Translations under genes and position numbers: made by a program
Shown: positions 1 to 9,782 of the stretch, in pieces
How positions within the stretch are numbered: the first letter of the stretch is position 1
Layout of the letters: the number at the start of each line of letters is the position of its first letter
The notes under the pieces: generated by a model
What the model was told of the DNA's origin: nothing
What the model saw: only the letters and a program-made list of their open reading frames with translations
The model's database searches: none
Source of the DNA: Candidatus Pacearchaeota archaeon
GTDB lineage: Archaea > Nanobdellota > Nanobdellia > Pacearchaeales > JAPDKA01
Length of the DNA: 64,000 nt
Direction: 5' to 3'
Assembly (NCBI GenBank): GCA_038840695.1
Contig: JAWBVE010000002.1
Coordinates: 28,170 to 92,169, forward strand

Positions 1-1757
1 TAATTTCAACGACAAGGCCAGAACTTTTGCCTAGTTGCGTTGCAGTCTTTTATCATCCCAACGATACAAGATATAAGGGGCTAAAAGGAAAAAAAGCAAG
101 AGTGCCTCTCTTTAATTTTGAAGTTCCGATTTTAGAGGATGAAGGTGCTGATCCTAACAAGGGAACAGGTATTGTTATGTGCTGTACTTTTGGTGATGTC
201 ATGGACATAGAATGGTGGTATAAGCACAAGTTGCCACTAAAGATAAGCATTGATAAGGATGGAAGGCTCAATGCTAGGGCTGAAAAATATGCTGGACTTA
301 CTGTGAGTGAGGCTAGAAAGGCAATAATAGAGGATCTAAAAAAGGAGGGACTGCTAAGAGGACAGAAAAAGATAGTGCATACGGTTAATGTGCATGAACG
401 CTGTGAAACGCCGATTGAGTTTATTGTAACAAAACAATGGTTCATAAAATATCTTGATCTAAAGGAAAGATGGCTTAAATTAGGAAAGCAGCTTAAGTGG
501 TGGCCAGAATTTATGCGTGTAAGATATGAAAATTGGATTAAAGGGCTTAAATGGGATTGGTGCATCTCAAGACAACGCTATTTTGGAATTCCTTTCCCTG
601 TCTGGTATTGCAAAAGCTGTGATGCTGTCATTCTTGCAAATGAAAGCGAGCTTCCTGTAGATCCTCTTATTGATAAACCACCTATAGAAGCTTGCCCAAA
701 GTGCAAGGCAAAAGAGTTCATTCCTGAGCAAGATGTGCTGGATACATGGGCAACCTCTTCACTAACTCCGATTATTGCTATCGAGCTGATTAATAAAAGG
801 CATAAGCTCTGGAAAAAGCTTTTTCCGATGAGCTTAAGGCCGCAGGCTCAAGACATAATTACATTTTGGCTTTTTAACACAATAGTCAAAAGCTGGCTTC
901 ATTATAAAAGTCTGCCTTGGAAGGAGGCAATGATAACTGGTTATGTGCTTAGTCCTGAACGAGAGAAAATGTCAAAGAGTAAAGGCAATGTCGTCGAGCC
1001 TCAAGCGCTAATAGAAAAATATAGTGCTGATTCGCTTCGATTTTGGGCATGCTCTGTTAAGCTTGGCGAGGATCTTGCGGTTGACGAGAAAGAATTTGTT
1101 TTAGGGCAAAGACTGATTACAAAGCTCTGGAATGCTGCAAGCTTTTTAAAGTTAATTGACAAGCCAGAGCCCACGCCATCAAAATTAAAGCTAATCGATG
1201 CCTGGCTTCTCAGCAAATTAAATTCCTTGATTAAGGAATGTACAGCCTATTATGAAAGCTATGAAATAGCTAAAGCCAGAAATTTATTGCTTAACTTTTT
1301 TTGGCATTCATTTTGTGATAATTGGCTTGAAATAGCTAAGCATAGACTTTATGCAAGAGACAAGAGTGCTTTATGGACTCTTTACACTGCTTTCCTTGCT
1401 ATTCTAAAAATGTTTGCTCCAATAATTCCATTTATCACTGAACATCTCTATCAGCTTTACTTTAGGCGTTTTGAAAAAGTAAAGAGCATTCATATAAGTA
1501 GGTGGCCTCTTGCGAATAAAAAATTCAAAAACAAGAGCGCTGAGGGCTTGGGTGATATTATGCTCGATATAGTAGGTAAAGTAAGAAAGGAAAAGGCAAG
1601 ACAAAAGAGATCACTTAAGTCAGAAATAATTTTAGTGGTGGAAAAAGAAAAAATAAAAAGGCTTAGTAGGCATAGCGATGCTATGGATGATTTGAGAAGT
1701 GTGACGGCGGCTAAAGAAATAAGGAAAGGAGAAAATTTTGAAATTAAATTCTTGTAG
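1..1757 (+). CDS. valS: Valyl-tRNA synthetase, 5'-truncated by window edge
   Basis: Frame open from base 3 (ISTTRPELL); GTGIVMCCTFGD, DWCISRQRYFG, DTWATSS and KMSKS motifs; C-terminal anticodon-binding domain. Confidence 0.95.
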   Translation, partial: ISTTRPELLPSCVAVFYHPNDTRYKGLKGKKARVPLFNFEVPILEDEGADPNKGTGIVMCCTFGDVMDIEWWYKHKLPLKISIDKDGRLNARAEKYAGLTVSEARKAIIEDLKKEGLLRGQKKIVHTVNVHERCETPIEFIVTKQWFIKYLDLKERWLKLGKQLKWWPEFMRVRYENWIKGLKWDWCISRQRYFGIPFPVWYCKSCDAVILANESELPVDPLIDKPPIEACPKCKAKEFIPEQDVLDTWATSSLTPIIAIELINKRHKLWKKLFPMSLRPQAQDIITFWLFNTIVKSWLHYKSLPWKEAMITGYVLSPEREKMSKSKGNVVEPQALIEKYSADSLRFWACSVKLGEDLAVDEKEFVLGQRLITKLWNAASFLKLIDKPEPTPSKLKLIDAWLLSKLNSLIKECTAYYESYEIAKARNLLLNFFWHSFCDNWLEIAKHRLYARDKSALWTLYTAFLAILKMFAPIIPFITEHLYQLYFRRFEKVKSIHISRWPLANKKFKNKSAEGLGDIMLDIVGKVRKEKARQKRSLKSEIILVVEKEKIKRLSRHSDAMDDLRSVTAAKEIRKGENFEIKFL

Positions 1758-1770
1758 TTTTCTTTGTTCT

Positions 1771-2883
1771 ATGGAGGAGAAGCTCTTTAAATTTAAAAAG
1801 CTCGTCGAAGAACTTCAAGGCTATAGAGGCAGACACACAGAACTTATTAGTGTTTATATTGCTGCTGGCTCGAATATATATGCTATAGCTAATCAACTTG
1901 AGTATGAAAAATCGATGGCAGAAAATATAAAGAGTAAAACAACAAGACAAAATGTGATAGCTGCCATTGAAATGATTTTAAGACAGCTCAAGTTTTACAA
2001 AAAGACGCCTGAAAATGGGCTTGCAATTTTTGCAGGTAATGTAAGTAGAGAGGAAGGCAAGCCTGATTTGAGAGTATGGGCTATAGAGCCTCCATTCCCT
2101 CTCTCCACTAAGCTCTATCATTGTGATCAGAACTTTTTTCTCGAGCCACTTAAAGAAATGCTCGAGCAAAGAAAGGAGCGAATTGGCTTGCTTGTTATTG
2201 ATAAAAAAGAGGCTACTCTCGGCTTACTTGAAGGAAAAAATATAAAAAGGCTTCTTTATTTGAGTAGTGGCATACCAAGCAAGATCAGAGCTGGAGGCCA
2301 AAGTGCAGCTCGTTTCGAGAGACTTAGGGAAGAAGCAACAAAGGAATTTTACAGAAGAGTTGCTGAACATTGCAAGGAGTTTTTTCTTGACAAAAAGATT
2401 AAGGCCTTACTCATCGGAGGGCCTGGCCCAACAAAGGAGGAATTTCTTAAAGAGAGTGAACTTATAACAGAGATTAGAGAAAAAATAATTGGAATTAGGG
2501 ATATAGGCTATGCTGATGAGCATGGTCTCAAGCTTCTCGTCGATGAGAGCCAGGATTTGTTAGAGAGTTTAGAGATAATGGAAGAGAAAAGGCTCCTAAA
2601 TGAGTTTTTTACTGCTCTCACAAAAGAGCTTGCTTGCTATGGAATGGCAAATGTGAAAAAAGCTCTCGAATATGGTGCTGCTGCAAAAGTGATTATTAGT
2701 GAGGATTTTGAGGGTTTTAAGGAAAGCAAGGAAAGCATGCAAGAAATAGAGCAACTTGCAAAAAGCTCTGGCGCAGAGCTGCATTTTGTCTCAAGCCAGA
2801 CACAAGAAGGCCTTCAATTTAAAAATATTGCTGGTATCGGCGCTATTTTAAGATTCAGATTAAATGAATTTAAAGAAAGTTAA
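1771..2883 (+). CDS. prf1: Peptide chain release factor aRF1
   Basis: NIKS, YxCxxxF and GGQ motifs; ATG at 1771 preferred over the overlapping 1738 start. Confidence 0.95.
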   Translation: MEEKLFKFKKLVEELQGYRGRHTELISVYIAAGSNIYAIANQLEYEKSMAENIKSKTTRQNVIAAIEMILRQLKFYKKTPENGLAIFAGNVSREEGKPDLRVWAIEPPFPLSTKLYHCDQNFFLEPLKEMLEQRKERIGLLVIDKKEATLGLLEGKNIKRLLYLSSGIPSKIRAGGQSAARFERLREEATKEFYRRVAEHCKEFFLDKKIKALLIGGPGPTKEEFLKESELITEIREKIIGIRDIGYADEHGLKLLVDESQDLLESLEIMEEKRLLNEFFTALTKELACYGMANVKKALEYGAAAKVIISEDFEGFKESKESMQEIEQLAKSSGAELHFVSSQTQEGLQFKNIAGIGAILRFRLNEFKES

Positions 2884-2955
2884 TGAAGAAAATTAAGGAA
2901 GTGAACAGCTAAAAATTTAAGGCAAAAAATTTAAACTAAGGAGAGATTTCTTTTT

Positions 2956-3456
2956 ATGGATGAAAAAACAAGGAAAATAGAAGCACTTCTTTTTATTGCT
3001 GGGCGCTTTTTGAATGAGGCTGATATTGTAAGGCTTACAGGCATTGATCCGCTAAGCTTGCGTGAAGCAATTAATGAGTTAAGAGAAAGATACAAGGAAT
3101 CAGCACTTGGCTTGACTGAAATTGAAATAGACGGAATAAAGCATTATAGAATGGAAGTTAAGGATGAATATAAACAACTAGCCTTAGGCCTTGCCACAAA
3201 GCAGGAATTCAGTAAGGCTGAACAAGCTACTTTAGCTTTAATAGCCTATAAACAACCAATTAAGCAGAGTGTAGTGGTTAAAATAAGAGGAAACAAGGCT
3301 TATGAGCATATAAAAAAATTTCTTGCCTATGGACTTATTAATGCAAAGCCGCATGGCCACACAGCAATCCTGAGCCTAAGCCAGAGGTTTTATGAATATT
3401 TTGAGCTGAAAGGCAAAGAAAAAGGCGAAGAGAAAGAGCAGAAATTAAAAGAATGA
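2956..3456 (+). CDS. scpB: SMC-Scp complex subunit ScpB
   Basis: IEALLF, TLALIAYKQPI...IRG and FYEYF motifs. Confidence 0.9.
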   Translation: MDEKTRKIEALLFIAGRFLNEADIVRLTGIDPLSLREAINELRERYKESALGLTEIEIDGIKHYRMEVKDEYKQLALGLATKQEFSKAEQATLALIAYKQPIKQSVVVKIRGNKAYEHIKKFLAYGLINAKPHGHTAILSLSQRFYEYFELKGKEKGEEKEQKLKE

Positions 3457-4937
3457 AAAAAAGGGAGAAAAAAGAAAAAAGGGAAAAAGAAAGGAGAAAG
3501 AGCGACAAAAAAGAAAAAAACAAAATTCAGAAAATAATTTTAGCTTTTTTGTTTTTATTTGCGCTATCATTTTTCATTTGGCAACATTCAACCTGGGTAG
3601 GTTGGGATTTTCAGGCTTATGTTTTAAATGCAAAATACTGGTTTAATGATGGAAATTATTTTGAGTGGGCAAGACCACCATTAGTTCCTCTGTTAATAGG
3701 CCTGTTCTCACTTTTTGGATTAATAAGCTTGAAGGCCTCGGAATATATTTTTATAATTTTTGTTGTATCGTTGCATTTTTTCTCATCTCTGAAATTTGCA
3801 GAAAGATTTAAATTAAACAAACTAATTTTTTATGCAATTTCACTCTCGCCTTTTCTTCTAATTTTTGGGATTATAGAAGGGACTGAATTACTTTCTCTAG
3901 CTCTCTTACAACTTTTTCTTGCATTCATAAATACAAAAAAAGCTCCTCTCTTCCTTGGACTAGCTTTTTTAACTAGATATCAGAACTTAGCCTTTTTACC
4001 TTTACTTCTTTTCACCTCAACAAAAAATTTGAAAGAAAGCTTGAAAGAATTTTTAAAGAGCGCTTTTATATTTTTGCTTGTAATTTTTCCTTGGTTTCTC
4101 TTTAATTTTCTCGCAACAGGAAATCTATTCACAAGTTTTATGGACAGCTATGCACTAAACATCAAATTCAGAAAATATGCCTATCAACCTTTCAGCATAA
4201 AAGATTTTATTATTGTAGCGAACTATCTTTTGCCATTTTTTATTCTTGGCCTAGTTGTTAAAGGCAAGGAAACGTTTGGCAAAAAACAAGAAAGCAAGGA
4301 AAAACATAAAAAACGAGAATATTTGCTTATGTTAATTTTTTTTGCTTTGGCACTGTTTAGTTATGCAGGCATACCTATAAAATTGCCGAGATATCTTTTT
4401 ACTGCTCTATTACCGATTTTTTATTTTTCAACCAGTGTTTTTGAAAAAAAGCCTTGGCTTACTATCTTAATTTTATTTTTGAGCTTTTTTCCAGCAATAG
4501 CAATTCAGCTTGAAATAAATAAACATCTTATACCAAAGGAGGCCTATCTTAACATTATTAATGAGATTGGACCTTACATCTCTGACTGCGCTCTTTTATC
4601 AAATGGTTATATTATGCTAAATTATTTAGATATCAAAACAGGAATACATCCAAGAAAAGAGTTGATAAAAAGAAAGCTAGATGAAGGGTATAGAATCCTG
4701 CTTTTAAAAAATGTAGCAGAGCCTGATTATGTAAAAAATGAAACTTTCTTGCACCAATTTCCTATATTAAAGAAAGGAAAGGATTATATTTTGCTCGGAA
4801 ATGAATCACTATGTGCGCCTACAAAAAAAGTTAACCAAAGCTATCTTGAATCAATAAGCGAGTTTTATAAAGTTGTTTATAATGAGACTTTCTCTGTCTC
4901 TTTTTATGAATTGCTTTTTACAAATAAGAGTGGTTAA
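3453..4937 (+). CDS. Multi-pass membrane glycosyltransferase (GT-C, ArnT/PMT-like)
   Basis: WD...Y...A and RPPL motifs after the first TM helix; LAFLTRY; RYL; many TM helices; next to a GT2 gene. Confidence 0.7.
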   Translation: MKKREKKEKREKERRKSDKKEKNKIQKIILAFLFLFALSFFIWQHSTWVGWDFQAYVLNAKYWFNDGNYFEWARPPLVPLLIGLFSLFGLISLKASEYIFIIFVVSLHFFSSLKFAERFKLNKLIFYAISLSPFLLIFGIIEGTELLSLALLQLFLAFINTKKAPLFLGLAFLTRYQNLAFLPLLLFTSTKNLKESLKEFLKSAFIFLLVIFPWFLFNFLATGNLFTSFMDSYALNIKFRKYAYQPFSIKDFIIVANYLLPFFILGLVVKGKETFGKKQESKEKHKKREYLLMLIFFALALFSYAGIPIKLPRYLFTALLPIFYFSTSVFEKKPWLTILILFLSFFPAIAIQLEINKHLIPKEAYLNIINEIGPYISDCALLSNGYIMLNYLDIKTGIHPRKELIKRKLDEGYRILLLKNVAEPDYVKNETFLHQFPILKKGKDYILLGNESLCAPTKKVNQSYLESISEFYKVVYNETFSVSFYELLFTNKSG

Positions 4938-4975
4938 AAAAGAAAATAATTTAAATTCACTAGCTATTTATTCAA

Positions 4976-5320
4976 ATGCAAACACCAATCCATATTATTT
5001 TGCTTGTACTATTTTGCGCCTTACTAGCTGCTACGGGGCAGCTCTTTTTTAAGTTGGCAGCAGCTAAATTTTCATTAAATCCGCTAACATGGATAAAAAA
5101 TCCTTTCTTTATTTTTGGCATAATTATTTATGCTGTCTCTGCCGTCCTTTTTGTTTGGAGCTTAAAAAATGGAAATCTCTCTATTCTGTATCCGCTTATT
5201 GCAACAAGTTACATTTGGACAATAATCCTTGCAGCAAAAATATTGCATGAGCCTTTCCCTCCTTTGAAGTGGCTTGGGATAGCGTTAATAATTATCGGAA
5301 TAATCATAATAACAAGATAA
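4976..5320 (+). CDS. Small 4-TM EamA/SMR-family transporter (ArnE/F-like flippase candidate)
   Basis: GQLFFK, LSILYP and L.E...KW.GI.LI pattern; 114 aa. Confidence 0.75.
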   Translation: MQTPIHIILLVLFCALLAATGQLFFKLAAAKFSLNPLTWIKNPFFIFGIIIYAVSAVLFVWSLKNGNLSILYPLIATSYIWTIILAAKILHEPFPPLKWLGIALIIIGIIIITR

Positions 5321-5321
5321 A

Positions 5322-6011
5322 ATGAATGAAAAAATTTCAATTATTGTTCCTGTTTATAATGAAGAAAAAACAATCAAAGAAATAATTATGAAATTAGTTA
5401 ATGTAAAATTTCCTATAGAAAGAGAGATAATCATAGTCAATGATGGGTCTAGTGATAAAACTGAGGAAATATTGCGAGAATTAAAAACTCTAAAACTAGA
5501 AAAGATAAAGATTGTTTCTTACAAGAGTAATAGAGGCAAGGGATATGCTGTAAGAGCAGGATTAAAATACGCTACTGGAAGTATAATTGGGATTCAAGAT
5601 GCAGATTTAGAATATGATCCTAATGAATATCCTAAGCTTCTTGAACCAATTCTAAAAAAAGAATGCAAAGTTGTCTATGGCACGAGATTTAATAAAAAAA
5701 GTAAAAAAAATATTTTTTATTATGGAAACAAGTTTTTATCCTTAATTACCTCTTTACTTTACTTTTCATGGGTAAGTGATATGGAAACATGCTATAAAGT
5801 GTTTCGACGTGAAATTCTTGATGGGATAAAATTAAACTCTAACGGATTTGAGTTTGAGCCAGAAATAACTGCAAAAATATTAAAAAAGTATAAAATTAAA
5901 GAAATTCCAATTAATTATTCCCCTAGATCAAAAAAAGAAGGAAAAAAGATAAGGATAAGGGATGGAATAAAAGCGCTTTTTACTTTAATCAAATATAGAT
6001 TTATTGATTAA
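5322..6011 (+). CDS. GT2 polyprenol-phosphate glycosyltransferase (DPM1-like)
   Basis: IIVPVYNE, NDGSSD, NRGKG, QDADLEY, DMETCYK and FEPEIT motifs. Confidence 0.9.
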   Translation: MNEKISIIVPVYNEEKTIKEIIMKLVNVKFPIEREIIIVNDGSSDKTEEILRELKTLKLEKIKIVSYKSNRGKGYAVRAGLKYATGSIIGIQDADLEYDPNEYPKLLEPILKKECKVVYGTRFNKKSKKNIFYYGNKFLSLITSLLYFSWVSDMETCYKVFRREILDGIKLNSNGFEFEPEITAKILKKYKIKEIPINYSPRSKKEGKKIRIRDGIKALFTLIKYRFID

Positions 6012-6013
6012 AA

Positions 6014-6652
6014 TTACTTCAGAAGCTCTTTAATGTTCTGCTTTTCCTGATAACCTTCAAGAACAACATCATCTACAACAAGTGAGGGAACTTGTTTTAT
6101 TCCATATTTTGCTCGCAAAAATCTCGAAGCTGGATTTTTTGATTCAAAGCTAAATGCAAAAACATAAACAGGACTTCCTTTTTTCCTTTCATTATATTCA
6201 TAAACTATCGTATCAAGAATTTTTCCTTGATCCTCCGAAGCTGAACTATTTTCCCTATTTGAGTAAAAAAACAAAATTATGCTAAAATTCTTGTTGCATT
6301 CATCTTTTATTTTCTCGAGGAACATCATTGTCTTTATTTCGATGATTTCATAAATCTCTTTAGTCCTTAAAACCTCTTTATCATTTTTACCCTTTTTTCT
6401 TTCTAAGGCTGTTAATTTTCTTCCTAGCTCAACTTTTTCTTTCCATAACTCATCCTCATTTATTTCACATAGATCGCTTAGCATTCTTTCCCTAACCTCT
6501 AAACCAATTATGTTATAGAGCAGCATTTCTTCCGATTCCTTAAAACTTTCCAGCCTTAAGCTGGCAATATAATTGCCCAGCAAAAAGCCTAGCAAGAGTA
6601 TAATGATAGCTAGAATTAGTGAAAATATAATTAAGTTTCTATCGCTGCTCAT
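6014..6652 (-). CDS. Membrane-anchored hypothetical protein with thioredoxin-like C-terminus
   Basis: N-terminal TM helix; C-terminal ILFFYS...YGIKQVPSLVVD pattern; no CxxC. Confidence 0.55.
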   Translation of the reverse strand: MSSDRNLIIFSLILAIIILLLGFLLGNYIASLRLESFKESEEMLLYNIIGLEVRERMLSDLCEINEDELWKEKVELGRKLTALERKKGKNDKEVLRTKEIYEIIEIKTMMFLEKIKDECNKNFSIILFFYSNRENSSASEDQGKILDTIVYEYNERKKGSPVYVFAFSFESKNPASRFLRAKYGIKQVPSLVVDDVVLEGYQEKQNIKELLK

Positions 6653-6701
6653 TAAAAAGTTAGCCTAGATAAAAATAAAAAGGTTTCGACAATCCTATAC
6701 T

Positions 6702-7952
6702 ATGAAACTTCCTGCGTTACCGCCAGCCATAATTTATTTTATCTTTTTTGTAGGATTCTTTTTGGCATTTTTGTTTATTTTTCTAATATTAAGAAAAAAA
6801 GAAAAAATAGAAGTAGAAGCAATAAGTGATGATGTCAGCTTTATTATTCCTGCAAAGAATGTACAACATTGGATAAGAAAATGCCTTTACAGTGTAATAA
6901 ATCAGGATTATCCTGGAAAAATAAATATTGTTGTTGTAAATGATGGCTCAACGGATAACACGCAGAAAATTGTTGAAGAAGTCTCGAAAAAGATAAGAAA
7001 AAACAAAAGCAGAAGAATTTTTTTGCTTAGCAGAGAAAGCCAAGGCAGGAAGGTTTTTGCTGTTAATCATGGCCTAAAATTTGTGCTTGAAAAGCTAAAA
7101 ACAAAGTACACTGCGGTTCTTGATGCTGACTCATTCATAGATAAAAATGCACTAAAAGATATGCTGCCAAGACTAAAGGGCAAAACAATGTGTGCTATAT
7201 GCCCTATTGCTATATACAATCGAAACAAACTTCTCACGAAGCTGCAATCTATCGAGTATACAATGTCATACTTCTTCAAAGAACTTCTAGGAAAAATAGA
7301 TTCACTATGCATAACCCCTGCATTTTCAATTTTCAGAACAGAATTTTTTATAAAGCATGGAATGTATGACATAAATACCATCACAGAAGATTTTGAGATT
7401 GCACTCCGCATTAAGGCAGCAGGATATAATATTGCTATATCAAACTTAAAAGTTTACACAATTGCGCCAGAAAAAATTAGCTCGTTAAGAAAACAGCGCG
7501 TAAGATGGGGCTATGGAGAAATTCAAAATTTTTTTAAATATAGCCATTTATTATTCTCAAGAAAGCATGGAATGTTTGGGATTTTCTTTTTTCCTGTAAT
7601 CTTTGCTCTTGGCATAATAACTCTTATACTAGGTTTTTTAACTTTAGTATATATAATCATTAGTCAAATAGTAAATTTGGCGCATTATATAAGCTTAGGG
7701 TGGAGCCCTAATCTGGCTTTTAAGATAAATTTGTTCTCATTAAGTCTTTTTTTTGCTGACCAAAAACTTATATTTATCCTATTTTCTTTAATAATTACCT
7801 CATTCTTTTTTATTTATTCATACCAATACCGGAAAGAAAAAATAAATTTTTTTTATTTTTTAGTATATGTATTTGTTTATTCTTTTTTTCTTGCGCTTGT
7901 TAGGCTCGAAGGAATTGTAAGATATATTTTTAAAATTAAGACAGGATGGTAG
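6702..7952 (+). CDS. Processive GT2 polysaccharide synthase (PgaC/cellulose-synthase-like)
   Basis: D,D,D,QxxRW signature (NDGSTD, DAD, TEDF, QRVRW); N- and C-terminal TM helices. Confidence 0.85.
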   Translation: MKLPALPPAIIYFIFFVGFFLAFLFIFLILRKKEKIEVEAISDDVSFIIPAKNVQHWIRKCLYSVINQDYPGKINIVVVNDGSTDNTQKIVEEVSKKIRKNKSRRIFLLSRESQGRKVFAVNHGLKFVLEKLKTKYTAVLDADSFIDKNALKDMLPRLKGKTMCAICPIAIYNRNKLLTKLQSIEYTMSYFFKELLGKIDSLCITPAFSIFRTEFFIKHGMYDINTITEDFEIALRIKAAGYNIAISNLKVYTIAPEKISSLRKQRVRWGYGEIQNFFKYSHLLFSRKHGMFGIFFFPVIFALGIITLILGFLTLVYIIISQIVNLAHYISLGWSPNLAFKINLFSLSLFFADQKLIFILFSLIITSFFFIYSYQYRKEKINFFYFLVYVFVYSFFLALVRLEGIVRYIFKIKTGW

Positions 7953-7999
7953 TAAAATCAAACAAAAAAAATTTATAAACCAGAAAGGCATAGCTTTTC

Positions 8000-8524
8000 A
8001 TGGCATTTATTTGTGATGATTGCGGACTTGAAAGGCTTGATGAGGATAGGCATGAAGTGATTGATGGCATAAAAATAAAATCTGTCTGCTCAGCATGCCT
8101 TAAGCCAAATCAATTACTCCTTAGCCAGCCAGACAAAGATGAGATCGATAGAAAGTTGCTACTTGCTTATAGGCCAAAACGCTTTGGTGAGCCTAAGCTA
8201 AGCTTAAAGCCAAAAACGCCAGAGGATGAATTTAGAAGGAGATTAAGGCAAGCGAGAATTGAGCAAGGGCTAACAGTGCAACGACTTGGTGAACTTATTA
8301 ATATAAATCCTCGAGATCTAGAGTTGTTTGAGAAGGGTTTTAAGGAAGATATTTACATAAGAAAAAAGCTGATGGATTTTTTTGGAATTTATCCGGCAGG
8401 AGTAGTAAAAAAGGTTGAAAGATCTGCAGAACAATTGCTAAAAGAAAGTGAAAGCGAGGAAATTGATATAGAAAAAGAATTTGAGGAATTTGAGAAATTT
8501 GAAAATGAAGGCAAAGCTTATTAA
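8000..8524 (+). CDS. aMBF1-like protein (Zn ribbon plus XRE HTH)
   Basis: CDDCG...VCSAC Zn ribbon; LRQARIEQGLTVQRLG...LFEKG HTH. Confidence 0.7.
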   Translation: MAFICDDCGLERLDEDRHEVIDGIKIKSVCSACLKPNQLLLSQPDKDEIDRKLLLAYRPKRFGEPKLSLKPKTPEDEFRRRLRQARIEQGLTVQRLGELININPRDLELFEKGFKEDIYIRKKLMDFFGIYPAGVVKKVERSAEQLLKESESEEIDIEKEFEEFEKFENEGKAY

Positions 8525-8771
8525 AGAGGAAAAGGACTTGCTCGAAATAGAGACTGATAATTTGACTATTGCTGAATTGATTAGAAAGCAACTTTGGAAA
8601 AATAAAGCCACTATCATTGCTGGCTGGAAACAGTCCCATCCAACAAAGCCGGCTGTGCTGACAATAAAGACTAAAGGAGATGCAAAAAAAGTTCTCAAAG
8701 AAAGCATTAAAGAAATTCAGGACGAGCTCGAAAAAATAAAGACTGCTGTAAAGAAAGCTAAAGAGGATTAG
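8505..8771 (+). CDS. rpoL: RNA polymerase subunit L (Rpo11)
   Basis: NLTIAELIRKQLW...AGWKQSHP...LTIKT pattern; ~88 aa. Confidence 0.8.
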   Translation: MKAKLIKEEKDLLEIETDNLTIAELIRKQLWKNKATIIAGWKQSHPTKPAVLTIKTKGDAKKVLKESIKEIQDELEKIKTAVKKAKED

Positions 8772-8887
8772 AAAAAAGAAAAAGCAAGATTACTGGGCCA
8801 GAAATTCTAAAAGTTCAACAAAGTTAAATTTAAAAAATTTAAAAATAAAAAAGGAAAAAGAGAAAAAATTAATGGCATCCATCTAAA

Positions 8888-9004
8888 ATGAAGCGCTCAA
8901 GTCGAAGATGGAAAAAGAAAGGCCAAATGAGGTGGAAGTGGCAAAGAAAAAGACTTAAAGAAGAAAAGCGAAGAAGAAAGCAGATGAAAGAGAGAGTGAA
9001 GTAA
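8888..9004 (+). CDS. rpl41e: 50S ribosomal protein L41e (not in ORF track)
   Basis: Manual translation MKRSSRRWKKKGQMRWKWQRKRLKEEKRRRKQMKERVK matches the archaeal L41e pattern KRSSRRWKKKG.MRWKW. Confidence 0.85.
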   Translation: MKRSSRRWKKKGQMRWKWQRKRLKEEKRRRKQMKERVK

Positions 9005-9163
9005 AAAAATAAAAGGCTTGAGCTTTATATGACTCTTGATCTTTTTTTGCTTAGCCTCAAAGGCTATACTATAAGTCCTTCTCTTTGTCTTACTCTCCTT
9101 TTCTTCTAAGTTTAAAGATTTTTAAAGTATACAGGGCTTTTTAAATTGTGGATTGCGAAGTAT

Positions 9164-9237
9164 GGGGCGGTAGCTCAGCCCGGGAGAGCACTCGGCTGAA
9201 GACCGAGGTGTCGTGGGTTCAAATCCCACCCGCCCCA
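9164..9237 (+). tRNA. tRNA-Phe(GAA)
   Basis: GGGGCGG/CCGCCCC acceptor stem; CTCGG-CTGAAGA-CCGAG anticodon arm; GTTCAAATC T-loop; CCA not encoded. Confidence 0.95.
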
Positions 9238-9269
9238 CTGCCTTTATTCAAGCCGCTTAAAATGCTAAA

Positions 9270-9773
9270 ATGTTGCTCGATGCTTTGCTTATTCTAATTT
9301 CAGCCTTTTTACTTTATTTTTTGTGGCTTTCATATACAAGAGCCTTTGGGGCAGAATATGTAAGAACACCGCCAAGCCAAAGACGCCTTGCAATAAAAAT
9401 GCTAAAACTAAATAAAAATGATGTTTTCTATGATCTTGGTGCAGGAACTGGCTCAATGCTTATTGAAGCATCGCGGCGAGTTAAACTTGCTATAGGTATA
9501 GAAATTGATCCGATAAGGGCTTTAATAGCTTATCTAAGAATAAAAATGAAAAAAATAAAAAATGCAAAGCTAATTTACGGCAATCTTTTTAAAATTCATT
9601 TCAGCAAAGCGACAAAGCTCTTTGTCTTTCTCTCAAGAGAAGCGAACGAAAAACTTGGGAATAAGCTAAAGCAAGAGCTAAGTGAAAATGCCATCGTTGT
9701 TTCATATAAGTGGCCAATAAAAGGCCTAAGGCTGATTGAAAGAAGGGGCCGCCTCTATTGCCACAAGGTTTAA
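9270..9773 (+). CDS. Membrane-anchored class I SAM-dependent methyltransferase
   Basis: YDLGAGTG motif I, GIEID motif, N-terminal TM helix. Confidence 0.85.
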   Translation: MLLDALLILISAFLLYFLWLSYTRAFGAEYVRTPPSQRRLAIKMLKLNKNDVFYDLGAGTGSMLIEASRRVKLAIGIEIDPIRALIAYLRIKMKKIKNAKLIYGNLFKIHFSKATKLFVFLSREANEKLGNKLKQELSENAIVVSYKWPIKGLRLIERRGRLYCHKV

Positions 9774-9782
9774 AAATGTTTA

